64,000 nt of DNA from Prorocentrum cordatum. Taxonomy: Eukaryota. The stretch is taken from assembly GCA_963575745.1 (NCBI GenBank), contig CAUYUJ010000070.1:124001-188000 (forward strand). Direction: 5' to 3'. Positions 40,060 to 52,825 of the stretch are shown here, piece after piece. The translations under genes and the position numbers were made by a program. Position 1 is the stretch's first letter, and each line of letters begins with the position of its first letter. Under the pieces are notes generated by a model that saw only the letters and a list, made by a program, of their open reading frames with translations, was not told where the DNA came from and ran no database searches.

Positions 40060-41243
40060 ATGTCTCCCGATGGTGCACGAGGGCCTTTGGTCTCGAATCG
40101 CGGTCAGCAGCGGCGAGCCTGGGCCCAGCCGTGGAACTGCAAGTCGTGCTGGAACAATCAGGGAGAGAGCTGGTGGAACCGAGCCGATCGACTTCATTGC
40201 AGCAAGTGCAACCTGCATAAGTCAGTCTGCTACGGTGGCCCTCGTACCTTGCCCACAGTCCCTGCAGTGCACGCGCAGCAGCGTGCAGCTTCGGGCAGCA
40301 GCGGCAAGGTCGAGCAGCAGCTCAAGCAATGCCAGGCAGAGTTGGAGAAACTTCGTGCGCAGCTCGCTCGAGGGCCCCCGCCATCACCTCCAGACCCACG
40401 GGATGCAATGGAGGTGGACGAGGGGGGGGCCGACGGCGATCTCAAGCAGCAGCTGGCGGAGCTCAACTCGCAGATCGACGCTATCAAGGACGTTCAATGT
40501 AAGGAGGTGCAGCAGGCTTGCCAGCAGATGCGCGAGCGTCAGGCGCGCTTGCGGCAGCGTGTCTCTGCGGCCAAGCCTCTGGACACACGCCTCAAAGAGC
40601 TCTCTTTCACGCATCAGCGGCTTTGTAAGAAAGCAGCGAAGCAGGAAGAGAACATTCGAGAGTTGGAGGAAAGGTCAGGCTCGCCCAGGAAGCGGTGGAG
40701 CGGGCCAACAAGGAGCTCAGCGCCACCAAGAGTGAGATGGTCGAGATCGAGCAGCAGAGGCGCGAGCTGGTCGTTGCCTGCCCTCAGCCACCGCAGCCTG
40801 AGCGAGGGCAGGCGCAGTCGCTGCAGCAGGTCATCGGCGGGCTCCACGACGTCTCCGTGGACCAGCTGGGTGAGATGCTGCAGGGGTTCGGAGGGTCCGC
40901 GCAGTCGGCGCAGAAGCTGTACGACGCGGTCCAGGAGGTGCGGGAGGCGGAGCGCGTGTACCGCGAGAAGAGGGAGCAGGAGGCCGCAGCTGCGCGAGCA
41001 GCGGCCGAGGAGGCTGAGGCGGAGCGCCCTTCGCCTGCGGCAGCGAGCGCGCCTGCGCCCGCAGCCAGCCCAGCCGCCAGCTGGATCCCAGACCCCTCGG
41101 CGGCCGATGCTGACACGCTGCGTGAGTTCCTGGGGACCTGCAATGTTCAAGTACCCGAGGACGAAGATGATCTTCGGGAAGCGGCCAAGCGGGCAGGAGA
41201 GCAGATTGACAGCTTTGCCAAGAAAGCCAGAACGAGGACGTAG
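40060..41243 (+). CDS. LINE ORF1 (about 394 aa): RanBP2-like zinc finger plus coiled coil; 1-nt frameshift at the A-run 40670-72
   Basis: ATG at 40060; WNCKSC...WWN...HCSKC; E/Q/K/R-rich heptads continue seamlessly (ELEE-KVRLAQEAVERANKEL) into the 40695-41243 frame if one A is added. Confidence 0.8.
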
Positions 41244-41289
41244 GCTTGTCATTCCCTCGGTGCTCAGGCTGTTTCTCTTTCTTTGTGCG

Positions 41290-44200
41290 ATGGTTAGAGT
41301 GGTTACCGCTAACACGACGAGCCACGGGCCAATGGTCCGCATGCTGGAGTCCGACATCACGTCGCTGGCATTTGACAAGGAGTTGACGGTGTTCTGTATT
41401 CAGGAGCACCATCTCAGTGACAAGCTGGCCGACCACCAATCGAGGTTGGGGGCAGCAGGGTACCACGGGGTCTGGGCCAAGGCGTTGGACACAGACAACG
41501 GTGGTACGACAGGTGGGGTGGCGGTGCTTTGTCCTAAGCGAGTTCAGATCACGGCGCCGCCACGGTGTGACGACGGGCTGCTGGTCCCAGGTAGAGCAGT
41601 GGCAGGCCATGTTCACAGTGCCGTCCGAGGCGGCTTTGTTGTGGTGTCCGTCTATTTGCACGTTGAAGACCAGATGGGGGAGAAGAATGTCGCGATCCTG
41701 GTGGATGTGGCAGCCTATCTTTTCCGTCTCAACGAGATGGGGATCGAGTGGGTTGTTGGGGGTGACTTTCAGATGGAGCCTGACAAGTTGATGTCGTGGG
41801 CCGCCGCATTCGGGGGCGTGGTGTCCGCGACAGCGGATCCAACTTGTGTGCAGGCAGTGCCAGGCTCCACGATTGATTTCTTCGTGATAAGTGCGAACTT
41901 AGCGATCAGAACCACCCCAGCCGTTGTGCTTGAGGATGTGTGTCTCGCTCCCCACAAACCGGTTTCGGTCGGCATTCGAGGGGCTGATGTCAAGCTGTGG
42001 TGCAGAGTCGCGCGCCAGCCCAAGAGGATGCCAGTGGTTGCCAAGACAGGATGCGCGCGGTTCCCCAGGAGATGGGCGCGTTTTCGACAGCAGGTAGCCC
42101 AAGCCCGAGATGAAGAGGACCTCAGTGTCAGATGGGATGAGTTTCTTACGAAAGTTGAGCGTGAGCTGCTGGACCGACATGATATTGTAGGGCCACAACG
42201 CTCTTTCTACGAGGGTTACGCTGGCAAGCACGAGGTGATCTGGAAGGAGCTCAGTTTCGTGCCGAAGAAGCGTGCGGTCCAGCTGCAGCCTGTGCAGGCT
42301 GCGTGGGCCACGGCGGCCAGGTGGGCCCGCCACCTGCGATCGGTCAGCCAGGCCCTGCACACGTTCGCGCCGAGGCTAGAGGTGGATGACGGCGACCAGG
42401 CAAGGCGTTTCCGACGTATAGCCAAGGTGCTGGTGGATGCCGACAGGTTCTGCGACCGTATCGCCAAGGTGGAGTGGGTGCACAAGGAGCTGGACCACCA
42501 CAGTAGTGCCCTTTTTAAGGCTGGGCTGTCGGCCCTAGCCGACCCTTTCTTTCAGGATTTATGTGACCGCATCCTGGAGCGAGCGTCGCTCCAGGAGTCG
42601 GCCCACCTCGCCAGCAAGTCAGAGGACTGGCAACGATGGGTGCGAGAAAGTTTCTCAGGAGGAGCCCGCCAGGCCCACAGGTACGCTAGAGCTCGTGCTG
42701 TCCAGGAGGTCATTGGAGCCACCCAGAGAGCCCAGCCCTTTGAGCTTTCGGATGAGGTGGTTTCGGACTGGGGGCTTATTTGGGCCACTCACGGGTGCAC
42801 CAGACCTGAGATCCCTGGGGACGCCGAGTCTTGGGAAGAGCTCCCTGAACTTTCGGTGGCTGACTTGAGAGCTGTCATTTTGAAGTTCCCTGTGACCACG
42901 GCCGTGGGGTGTTGTAAAATACATCCTCGCTCGCTTCAGTACCTTTCAGACCAGGCCCTTGAGGCCTTTGCATCTCTGCTGCATCAATGCGAGCGTCGTC
43001 TCTGCTGGCCAAAAGACAGAATTGTGAGCAGGCTCTTCCGGCTTGCCAAGCCAGACGGGGGGCATCGTTTAATTGCGCTCCTAGACTCTTTCATCAGAGT
43101 GTGGGCGCGAGCCCGCAGGCCTATCAGCGAGGCCTGGGAGCGTGCCAATAGGACGGAGGAGTTTTGGGGTAGCGGGAAGGGGAGGAGTGCGAGCGATTCT
43201 GCCTTCGATTTGAACCTTTCCGCCGAAGTTGCCAAAGCAAAGGGCCTGCACTGGATCAGCGTGCTCCTAGACATGGCCAAGTGCTATGAAATGATCAAGC
43301 TTTCGGCTCTCTTTGACGTGTATCGGAGGGTGGGATTCCCCCTTCGATTAGGTTGGATGCTGATTCAAAGCTATGTGGCACCCCGTAGGATTGACGCATA
43401 CGGGAGTTTGAGCGAGAGTTACGTTTCTTTTCAAGGCATTTTGGCAGGCTGTGCGCACGCCTGTGCCAACATGCTTGCAGTGCTGCTGGACCCTGTCAAA
43501 AAGATTGTCGCTAGGTATCCGTCTATTAAGCCGAGGGCCCTCATGGATGATATATCCCTTCAATGGTGTGGTGAGACCGCCAAAGGAGGAGAGTTAGTCT
43601 TTGCTGCTACGCGGGAGCTGTGCCACCTCCTAGCCCCGATTGGTCTCCTTCTTCAGCCAAACAAGTCTGGGTTCCTCGCGAGCACGACAGCGGCAGAAAA
43701 AGAGGTTCGTTTGTCGGCTCGCATGATAGGGTTTCACAGCAAGGCGCATCTTCGCAACTTGGGCCATGATTTGTACGGTAGGCGTGTAATTCGCAAAGTG
43801 GAAAAAGCCAGAGTCGCCAAGCTCCAGGGGCGTAGGGCCAAACTTCGGGTCCTGAAAAAAGCCGCGGGGCCTAAGGTGGCCATGCTCTGGCGGACTGGGC
43901 TCATGCCCTGTGGGGCCCACGGTGCGGCGGTCTCTGGGGTCTCGGATCAGGTTCTCAGAAGCCTGCGTGCAGTGGCGGCCGAGCTTGCAGGAGCTAGAGG
44001 CCGCATGCACGTCACGGCGTTTCTCAGTACGCACCGTGACGAGAACTATGACCCACTAGTCGATGCCACTGTGCCTCTTGTTTTTCGTTACTGCTGTTGG
44101 GTCTGGGACCGTCGTGCTAGTGATGTAGATCTTTGGCATGCGTGGAATGCGGCGGCCTCACGGCTAGCCAACAGACCGCTCTGGAGGGACGTTCGAGGGC

Positions 44201-45912
44201 CCGTGGGAGCCGTCTTTTTGAGCCTTTTGCGTGTGGGATGGGCCCTAGTGGGACCGACCCATATTCGGACCGACCAGGGAGATGTTTTGTCGCTTTGCCA
44301 CGTTTCGCCTTGGGATTTAAAACGCCAGCTCATTGAGGGTATCAATAGGGCACAGATGATTCAGCTGGTGTCGGCCATCCCCGAAGCTTCTGGCGAGGAG
44401 ATTGTTTGGGGTCGTGCGCTGCGGGTCGCGGTCAACTCCGTGAGGGAACCTAAGAGGCGCGCGACCTTGAAGGCCTTGCTAGCAGGGGGGCTCTGGCCGC
44501 CAGCTCGGAAGTTTAGTCATGGTCTAGCTGATTCGAACCTCTGTCAGTTTTGCAAGCAGCAGATAGGCACGTTCGGCCATCACTGGTATGAATGTGAAGA
44601 GCTCTGGCGCCAGGGTGACGCCCCAGAGGCAGGGCCCGCATTGCCAGAGGAAAGTTTCAAGCGACGGCAGCTGCTCAAGGACTCGGCGCGAGGAATCCCC
44701 CCCGACTTTGATTCGGTTGAGTTGGTTTACGGTTTGCCGTTTCAGCCTGTGTTTTTGGAGCCGGTCCCGAGCGTGCTGCCTGTTTTTTCCTGGGGGGCCA
44801 CCCACCTTCCTTGGGGAAAACGTGTTTACACCGACGGCTCGGGCCACGCCAACGGAGTCCCCGAGATGGCCCGCTGCGGCTGGGCCGTGGTCGAGATGTC
44901 GGCCCGAGGTTGGCCGATCAGGGCCCTGTATGGAGGCCTCGCGGGACGGTGCCAGACGGTGCCACGAGCCGAACGGCAAGCCCTCTTGGAAGCTTTGAAG
45001 GTGGTCCCCCCTGGAGCTGAGCTGGTCTCGGACCACCGCTCGGCAGTGATCGAGGGCAACAGCTGGGATCCAGCCCTGGCGACGGGAGCGTTCAAGCACG
45101 CGTCAATCTGGAGGAAAATTTTTAAAATCGTAGGATCGAAGGAACGACCTTCCTTCCGTTGGACCCCCGCCCATGGAGATCTGGACGAGATTTTGGAGGG
45201 CGAGTGGTCGTTTGCTGAGGCTGGTGTTTCGCGTGAGTCCGATCTCCTTGGGAACGGGTGGGCAGACTTTTTCGCGAAGATGGGTGCGGCTCAGATCCGA
45301 GCGGCCGAGAGTGCAGTCGAAGCAGTCAGAGTCGGCCTCAGCGAGGCCAAGCTGAATCTTGATTTTATTTCGCGGGCGGCCCAATTCGTGGCCGCGTCTT
45401 CGGTCCCCGAACCGAGGCCGCCTGCCAGGCCGAGAAACTCCACGGCCCCTCCTTTGGCCCTGATGGCCCACGACCTCGAAACGATTCCGTCGGGAGGTGT
45501 GCGGTGCACATGGTGCCACAGTATCGCGAAGTCGGCAGGAGGCCGAGCCAGGCTTGAGCAGCCTAGCGCGGTCTGCAGGCCGACTGACCTGCACTTGTTT
45601 TTAGCTGCTGTCCGTCACCACCGCCTCGGGGGCGTCCTCCCTAGGGCGCGAGGCGAGGCGGTGCGTCGAGCGTGGCAGGCCCTCGGCTTCGAGGGAGAGC
45701 AGGGTGAAGCTGTCGCCCCGCCGTCGGTCTTCCACTTCTTGCAGCACCAGGTTGCGGCTGTTGGCCGCTACCTGATCTGTCAACGTTGTGGGGCCCACGC
45801 GCTGATTGAGGCGCCGAGCTGGCGCGCCCTGCTCAAGACCTGTGCGGGACGCATGTCCAAGGACCAGCGGTGGTTCCTGGACCGTGTCTGTGCTGGGCGC
45901 GAGCCCCGATAG
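41290..45912 (+). CDS. LINE ORF2 (1540 aa): APE endonuclease, reverse transcriptase, CCHC knuckle, RNase H, C-terminal Cys motifs
   Basis: Endonuclease: VVTAN, CIQEH, GGVAVL, SVY, GGDFQ, TIDF, PHKPV. RT: GHRLIAL, LDMAKCYE, QGILAG, LMDD, NLG. Knuckle: CQFC..GHHWYEC. RNase H: YTDGS, RAE, VSD, WTPAH, GNGWAD. No internal stops. Confidence 0.95.
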   Translation: MVRVVTANTTSHGPMVRMLESDITSLAFDKELTVFCIQEHHLSDKLADHQSRLGAAGYHGVWAKALDTDNGGTTGGVAVLCPKRVQITAPPRCDDGLLVPGRAVAGHVHSAVRGGFVVVSVYLHVEDQMGEKNVAILVDVAAYLFRLNEMGIEWVVGGDFQMEPDKLMSWAAAFGGVVSATADPTCVQAVPGSTIDFFVISANLAIRTTPAVVLEDVCLAPHKPVSVGIRGADVKLWCRVARQPKRMPVVAKTGCARFPRRWARFRQQVAQARDEEDLSVRWDEFLTKVERELLDRHDIVGPQRSFYEGYAGKHEVIWKELSFVPKKRAVQLQPVQAAWATAARWARHLRSVSQALHTFAPRLEVDDGDQARRFRRIAKVLVDADRFCDRIAKVEWVHKELDHHSSALFKAGLSALADPFFQDLCDRILERASLQESAHLASKSEDWQRWVRESFSGGARQAHRYARARAVQEVIGATQRAQPFELSDEVVSDWGLIWATHGCTRPEIPGDAESWEELPELSVADLRAVILKFPVTTAVGCCKIHPRSLQYLSDQALEAFASLLHQCERRLCWPKDRIVSRLFRLAKPDGGHRLIALLDSFIRVWARARRPISEAWERANRTEEFWGSGKGRSASDSAFDLNLSAEVAKAKGLHWISVLLDMAKCYEMIKLSALFDVYRRVGFPLRLGWMLIQSYVAPRRIDAYGSLSESYVSFQGILAGCAHACANMLAVLLDPVKKIVARYPSIKPRALMDDISLQWCGETAKGGELVFAATRELCHLLAPIGLLLQPNKSGFLASTTAAEKEVRLSARMIGFHSKAHLRNLGHDLYGRRVIRKVEKARVAKLQGRRAKLRVLKKAAGPKVAMLWRTGLMPCGAHGAAVSGVSDQVLRSLRAVAAELAGARGRMHVTAFLSTHRDENYDPLVDATVPLVFRYCCWVWDRRASDVDLWHAWNAAASRLANRPLWRDVRGPVGAVFLSLLRVGWALVGPTHIRTDQGDVLSLCHVSPWDLKRQLIEGINRAQMIQLVSAIPEASGEEIVWGRALRVAVNSVREPKRRATLKALLAGGLWPPARKFSHGLADSNLCQFCKQQIGTFGHHWYECEELWRQGDAPEAGPALPEESFKRRQLLKDSARGIPPDFDSVELVYGLPFQPVFLEPVPSVLPVFSWGATHLPWGKRVYTDGSGHANGVPEMARCGWAVVEMSARGWPIRALYGGLAGRCQTVPRAERQALLEALKVVPPGAELVSDHRSAVIEGNSWDPALATGAFKHASIWRKIFKIVGSKERPSFRWTPAHGDLDEILEGEWSFAEAGVSRESDLLGNGWADFFAKMGAAQIRAAESAVEAVRVGLSEAKLNLDFISRAAQFVAASSVPEPRPPARPRNSTAPPLALMAHDLETIPSGGVRCTWCHSIAKSAGGRARLEQPSAVCRPTDLHLFLAAVRHHRLGGVLPRARGEAVRRAWQALGFEGEQGEAVAPPSVFHFLQHQVAAVGRYLICQRCGAHALIEAPSWRALLKTCAGRMSKDQRWFLDRVCAGREPR

Positions 45913-46474
45913 GGGCGAGCAAGGGTGGGCTGACCCTGGTGGTTAGCCCACCGCTTGCTTGCCCCTATCTGGGGCTCGTGGGTTTGTCTACCCAGCGGGG
46001 GGCGCGGTGCGAGTGGGGACTGCCCGGCGGTGCGCCGTTAGTGACCCTCGCACAGTTGCTCCCCGGCCCCGCGCACGGCGCGGAGGGTTCTACTCTGCCT
46101 CTGGCTGGATGGTACAAAGAGCCCCTATCTGGGGCTCGTTTCTTCCTTGCGGGCGGTGCTGCACTGAGCACCCGCCTTTTCCTTTCTGTTGAGAGGCTTG
46201 CCTCTCGGTGCTCGCGGCCAGCGCCCGAACGGACGAGCGCTCGCATCGGCGTGGAACGTGGAAGTATCAGTAGTAGTTGTAGTCGTAGTAGTCGTAGTAC
46301 TCGTACTAATAGTGACGCAGCAGTAGTAGTAGTGGTCGTAGTAGTTGTAGACGTAGCAATTCTTAGTCGTCGTAGCAGTCGTAGCAGTAGTAGTAGTAGT
46401 AGTAGTAGTGGTCTTCGTCGTCGCCGTCGTAGTAGTAATAGTAGTAGTAGTAGGCGTAGTAGTAGTAGTAGTAC

Positions 46475-46512
<38 letters not shown>

Positions 46513-46591
46513 ATAGCAGTCGTAGTCGTAGGCGTAGGCGTAGTAGTAGTAGTAGTAGTAGTCGTCGTCGTCGTAGTCGTAGTAATAGTCA

Positions 46592-46635
<44 letters not shown>

Positions 46636-46653
46636 GTAGTAGTAGTAGTAGTC

Positions 46654-46690
<37 letters not shown>

Positions 46691-46749
46691 GAGTAGGAGT
46701 AGGAGTAGGAATAGGAGTAGTAGTAGTAGTAGTAGTTGTTGTAGTAGTC

Positions 46750-46799
<50 letters not shown>

Positions 46800-46809
46800 T
46801 GTTGTAGTT

Positions 46810-46943
<134 letters not shown>

Positions 46944-46994
46944 CAAAAACAGTCGTGGCAGTAGTAGTAGTGATAGTAGTAGTAGTAGTAGTAC

Positions 46995-47038
<44 letters not shown>

Positions 47039-47154
47039 CTAATAGTATACGTAGTAGTAGTAGTTTTTAGTAGAGTAGAGTAGTAGTAGCAGTCGTATTA
47101 GTTCGTAGTAGCCATGTAGTCGTAGTAGTTAGTAGTAGTCGTAGTAGCAGTAGT

Positions 47155-47245
<91 letters not shown>

Positions 47246-47340
47246 ATAGTGATAGTAGTGATAGCAGTAGTAGCAGTAGCAGTAGTAGCCGTAGTAGTAG
47301 TAGTGGTCGTGATGGCCGTAGGTTTAGCAGTCGTCGCAGC

Positions 47341-47384
<44 letters not shown>

Positions 47385-47407
47385 TAGTAATAGTAGTAGT
47401 AGTAGTT

Positions 47408-47473
<66 letters not shown>

Positions 47474-47643
47474 ATCGTAATAATAGTAGTAGTAGTAGTC
47501 GTAGATAGTAGTAGTAGTAGTAGGAGTAGTCGTAGTAGTAGTTGAGTAGTAGTAGTATGATTAGTAGTAGTAGTAGTAGTAGTAGTTAAGCTCCTCAGGA
47601 GTAGTAAGTAGTAGTAGAAGTAGTAGTAGTAGTAGTAGTAGCC

Positions 47644-47699
<56 letters not shown>

Positions 47700-48259
47700 T
47701 AGTAGTAGTAGTAGTAGTCGTAGTAGTAGTAGTAGTAGTAGTGGTAGTAGTAGTAGTAGTAGTCGTAGTCGTAGTAGTAGTAGTAGTAGTAGCAGTAGTA
47801 GTAGTAGTAGTAGTAAGTAGTAGCAGTAGTAGTAGTAGTAGTAGTGGTGGCGGTCGCTGTGATAAGGTTTTCGACGGATTCCTCAGGGGCCTCTAAGGAT
47901 ACCAGGAGCACGGCAGAACACAGGAGCAAGGGAAGCACGGCAAACCACGGCAGAATACACAGGAGCACTGCAGAACACACAGGAGCACGGACGTACACAT
48001 AAGAGCACGGCAGCACACATAGGTGCATTGTTGAAAGGTTGGTAAACAATACCTTGGCGACGTACCCAACCCCTGCGCAAACGCGGGGCGCAAATACCAT
48101 AGGACACTTTACAAAAGGGGGCGGTGCCGGAACGAGGGTTACGTATGTCTACAGACGGAATTCGGGACACTCGCAGGAAACTGGCTACAGGACAAGGACT
48201 AGATACAGCTGATTAGTTACAATCCCTGAGCAACCCTAGACACTTCGAAGGCGGGGATC

Positions 48260-50745
48260 TCAGATCGCAGCCCCCCAGGGATGGCGAGGTCTAATTTGGG
48301 TCCGCGCGTGGCGACACTGCGCTGGGCCCCCCAGCAGGCCTCGAAAGTTGCTACAGTTTCACAAATCGCAGCCCCCCAGGGATGGCGAGGTTCAATTTGA
48401 ATCTGCGTGTGGCGTCACTGTGCTGGGCCCCCCAGCAGGCCCCGAACATGGCGACAGTTTCACAGATCGCAGCCCCCCCAGGGATGGCGAGATCTAACTT
48501 GAATCTGCGTGTGGCGTCACTGCGCTGGGCCCGCCAGCAGGCCTCGAAAGTGGAGACAGGCAGTTTCACAGATCGCAGCCCCCCAGGGATGGCGATGTCT
48601 ATTTTGAATCTGCGGTGAGTGCCCACTGTGCTGGGCCCCCCAGCAGGCCTCGAAAGTGGCGACATTTTTACAGATCGCAGCCCCCCAGGGATGGCGAGGT
48701 CTAATTTGAATCTGCGGTGGGTACCCACTGTGCTGTGCCCCTCAGCAGCCCTCGAAAGTGGCGACTGTTTCACAGATCGCAGCCCCCCAGGGCTAGCAAG
48801 GTCTAATTTGGGTCTGCGGTGGGTACCCACTGTGCTGGGCCCCTCGGCAGCCCTCGAACGTGGCGACAGTTTCCCAGATCGCAGCCCCCCCTGGGATGGC
48901 GAGGTCTAATTTGAGCCCGCGGTGGGTACCCACTGTGCTGTGCCCCTCAGCAGCCCTCGAAAGTGGCGACATTTTCACAGATCTCAGCCCCCCAGGGATG
49001 GCGAGGTGTCATTTGAGTCCGAGGTGAGTAACCACTGTGCTGGCCCCCCCAGCAGGCCTCGGAAGTGGCGACAGTTTCACCGATCGCACCCCTCCAGGGA
49101 TGGCGAGGTCTAATTTGAGTCCGCGGTGGGTACCCACTGTGCTGGGCCCCCCAGCAGGCTTCGAAAATGGCGGCAGTTTCACAGACCGCAGCCCCCCAGG
49201 GATGGCGAGGTAGAGTGTGAGTCCGCGGTGGGTACCCACTTTGCTGGCCCCCCCCCCAGCAGGCTTCGAAAATGGCGACAGTTTCACCGATCGCAGCCCC
49301 CCAGGGATGGCGAGGTGCAATTTGAGTCCGCGGTGAGTACCCATTGTGCTGGGCCCCCCAGCAGGCCTCGACAGTGGCGACATTTTCACAGATCTCAGCC
49401 CCCCAGGGATGGCGAGGTGTCATTTGAGTCCGAGGTGAGTAACCACTGTGCTGGGCCCCCCAGCAGGCCTCGAAAATGGCGACAGTTTCACAGATCGCAG
49501 CCGCCCCCAGGGATGGCGAGGTCTAATTTGAGTCCGCGGTGCGTGCCCACTGTGCTGGCCCCCCCCAGCAGGTTTGGAAAGTGGCGACCGTTTCGCAGAT
49601 CGCAGCCCCCCAGGGATGGCGAGGTTTAATTTGGGCCCGCCCGTCGCCTTCACTGTGCTGGCCCCCCCAGCAGGCTTCGAAAGTGGCGACAGTTTCGTAG
49701 ATCGCAGCCCCCCAGGGATGGCGAGGTTTAGTGTGGGTCCGCCCGTCGCCCTCACTGTGCAGGCCGCCCCAGCAGGCTTTGAAAGTGGCGACAGTTTCAC
49801 AGATCGCAGCCCCCCCAGAGATGGCGAGGTCTAATTTGAATCCGCGCGTGGCCCTCGCTGTGCTGGGCCCCCCAGCAGGCCTCGAACATGGCGGCAGTTT
49901 CACAGGTCGCAGCCCCCCGAGGACGGCGAGGTTTAATTTGAATTTGCGCGTCGCCCTCATTGTGCTGGCCCCCCCAGCAGGCCTCGAACGTGGCGGCAGT
50001 TTCACAGGTCGCAGCCCCCCTGGGATGGCGAGGTTTAATTTGAATTTTCGCGTCGCCCTCGCTGTGCTGGGCCCCCCAGCAGGCCTCGAAACTGGCGACA
50101 TTTTCAAAGATCGCAGCCCCCCCAGGGATGGCGATGTCTAATTTGAATCTGCGCATCGCACTCACTGTGCTGGGCCCCCCAGCAGGCCTCGAAAATGGCG
50201 GCAGTTTCACAGATCGCAACACCCCCAGGGATGGCGAGGTTTAATTTGAATTTTCGCGTCGCCCTCACTGTGCTGGGCCCTCCCAGCAGGCTTCGAAAAT
50301 GGCGACAGTTCCACAGATCGCAGCCCCCCCCAGGGATGGCGAGGTCTAGTTTGAATCTGCGCGGGGCCCTCGCTGTGCCGGGCCCCCCAGCAGGCCTCGA
50401 AAGCGGCGACAGTTTCACAGATCGCAGCCGCCCGCAGGGATGGCGTGGTCTAATTTGAACTTGCGCGTCGCCCTCACTGTGCTGAGCCCCCCAGCAGGCC
50501 TCGAAAGTGGCGACAGTTTCACAGATCGCAGCCCCCCCAGGGATGGCGAGGTTTAATTTGAATCTGCGCGGGGCCCTCACTTCGTTGGGCCCCCCAGCAG
50601 GCCTCGAAAGCGGCGACAGTTTCACAGATCGCAGCCGCCCCCAGGGATGGCGAGGTCTAATTTGAATCTGCGCGGGGCCCTCACTTTGCTGGGCACCCCA
50701 GCAGGCTTCGAAAATGGCGGCAGTTTCACAGATCGCAGCCCCCCG
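48260..50745. repeat. Satellite with a unit of about 102 bp, about 24 copies
   Basis: GATCGCAGCCCCCCAGGGATGGCGAGG recurs every 101-106 bp or so. Confidence 0.95.
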
Positions 50746-51159
50746 CAGGCAAGACAGGAAGAGGCAGGGAGGGGGGGGGGGGAAGGAGGGAGTGGAGACC
50801 ACTCTGCTCTATTCAAAACGAATGCCCAACCAGGGGGGGTTGGGGAAAAACACCATGCGTGATAAACATGAGCTTTCCGTTCGAAGCATCTTCAGACAAT
50901 GGGCGGGACCACGGCAGCCCAACACGCAGAAACACGGCAGGACGCGCGAGTGCTCGGCAGAACACAGGAGCACGGCATAACCAAAATAACGCACGGGAGC
51001 ACGGCAGAACAAACCGGAACACAGCAGATCTCACTGGAGCAGGGCAGAACACACAGGAGCACGAGGAGCACGGCAAAACACACATGATACATAGGACCAC
51101 GGCAGCAAACACAGGAGTACGGTAGAACGCGCAGGAGCACGGCAGAACACGCATAACAT

Positions 51160-52791
51160 TCCGTAGCCATTTTGGTTCAAGCCATGCTCGGGCGCGCGCC
51201 GCGTCGGGCGCTTGGGCAGAATGGTGCGGGAGGTGCTCGCCGGTGTCGCGGCGGCCCGCTGGGCGGCGGACAACCTGGCGAGACGGCTTGACGGGGAGCT
51301 GCGGGAGGCGAAGGAAGTCATCGCCAGCCTCCAGGCGCAGCTGGAGCGCGGTTCGCGCGGCGACGCCGCGGAGGCGGAGGCCCGCCGCCGCGATGCCATC
51401 GCGCGGCCCGCCTTGGGAGCGCGCGTCCGCGTACGCCGCGAAACCAGGGCGCAGCGGCAGCGGCGAAACGTCGCGCGGCATGCCGAGCGCTGCCCGTCGG
51501 CAGACGCCCCGCCGCAGGCATGGCGCAGGGCTCAACGCGGGCCGCGCCTCCCAGGAGGGCCCCTTCCTGGTGATGGGCGCGGCGGTGCGGCGCAGAGTGC
51601 CATCGTGTGTGAGGTAGAGACCTGCGTCTGCGAAGTGCAGCCGCCGATTGAGTGCGCATTGGATGCTTGCGTGGCCGAGGCGCCAGCGCAGCTGCCCAGC
51701 GCCCGAGTGGCGGCCGCGAGGGCCCCGCTGCGGTCTAGCGCCCAGCCGTGCCTCCCCGAGTGGGCGCGCTGGGCCGCGCTGCTGGAGGAGCTCGGCGTGG
51801 CGCAGCTTGCCGAGCAGGGCTGCGGCGAGGGCGGTGCCGAGAGCACCGAGGCGGAGGAGATCATCGCGGAGTTCGGCTGCGATGCCGAGGACGATCGCGC
51901 TGCCGCGGCGCGTTGCTCGGCGTGGCGGCCGCGGCGGAACGGGGGCAGCCTAGCGGGGGGCTCGGAGTTCGAGGGGGGCTCTGAGTTCGAGGATCTCGGG
52001 TCCGAGCACGGGCAGTTCCTGCGCGGCGGGTTCTCGGGCGGCAGCGAGCTGGCCGCGGAGTGCGAGCTGGCGCGCGCTGCCTGGCTGGAACGCTCGGGCC
52101 CCAGGCGCGGTGGTGACGGAGGCTCGAAGCACCGCGCGAAGGAGACGCCGCGGCCGCCGTCCGTGGCCGTCGTGGAGGCGCCCGTGGGAGGCGCGGCCAT
52201 CGAGCGCGCCGTCGGCGTGGAGCCGCCCCTGGTCGCGGACAGCGTCGACTGCGCCGCGGGCGATGGCCGCTCGAGCTCGGAGGGCCTGTTCGTTTCGTTC
52301 CTGGGCGGCTTCTCGGTGGCGGCGGTGGCGCGTGCGGCCAAGGGGCCGAAGTCGGGAGTCGGGTCACTCCTGGACTTAGCTGAGGCCCGCGCCCTCGGCA
52401 CCCGCCTCGGAAGTGCAGGTTGCCCAGATGCCGAGGATCACGAGGACGGCTTCGCGGGGGACTCGGAGTTCGAGGATCTCGGGTCTGAGAGCGGGCAGTT
52501 CCTGCGCGACGAGTTCTCGGACGGCAGCGAGCAGGCCGCGGAGCACGAGCTTGCGCGCGCTGCCTGGCTGGAGCGCACGGGCTCCAGGCGCGAGGGCGCT
52601 GAAAGCAGCCTCGAGGCCGACGCCCCTGGCGCGCGTGCGCAGGAGCGGCTGGCTGCGGCCGAGGCGGCCCAGGCGGCAATCCTGAGCGGCGATCTGGCCG
52701 AGGGGCTGCGGTTGCTCGAGGCGGCTCAGGTCTTCGGCCAGGCTGAGTGAGGCGTGCAGTTGCATTCTGCATGTAGATATGGTCTCGCCTC

Positions 52792-52825
<34 letters not shown>

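Larger units (their letters stand above)
39879..46262 (+). mobile_element. Full-length non-LTR retrotransposon (LINE) starting with an exact DinoSL
   Basis: TSD AGTATCAGTAGTAGTT at 39863-39878 and 46263-46278; SL at 39879-39900; ORF1 plus ORF2; 3' tail (CGTGGAA)2. Confidence 0.95.

Noticed and set aside
39931..45912. A single 1993-aa protein as called in the ORF track
   Set aside because: Better explained as ORF1 (ATG 40060, frameshift at 40670, stop 41243) plus ORF2 (ATG 41290).
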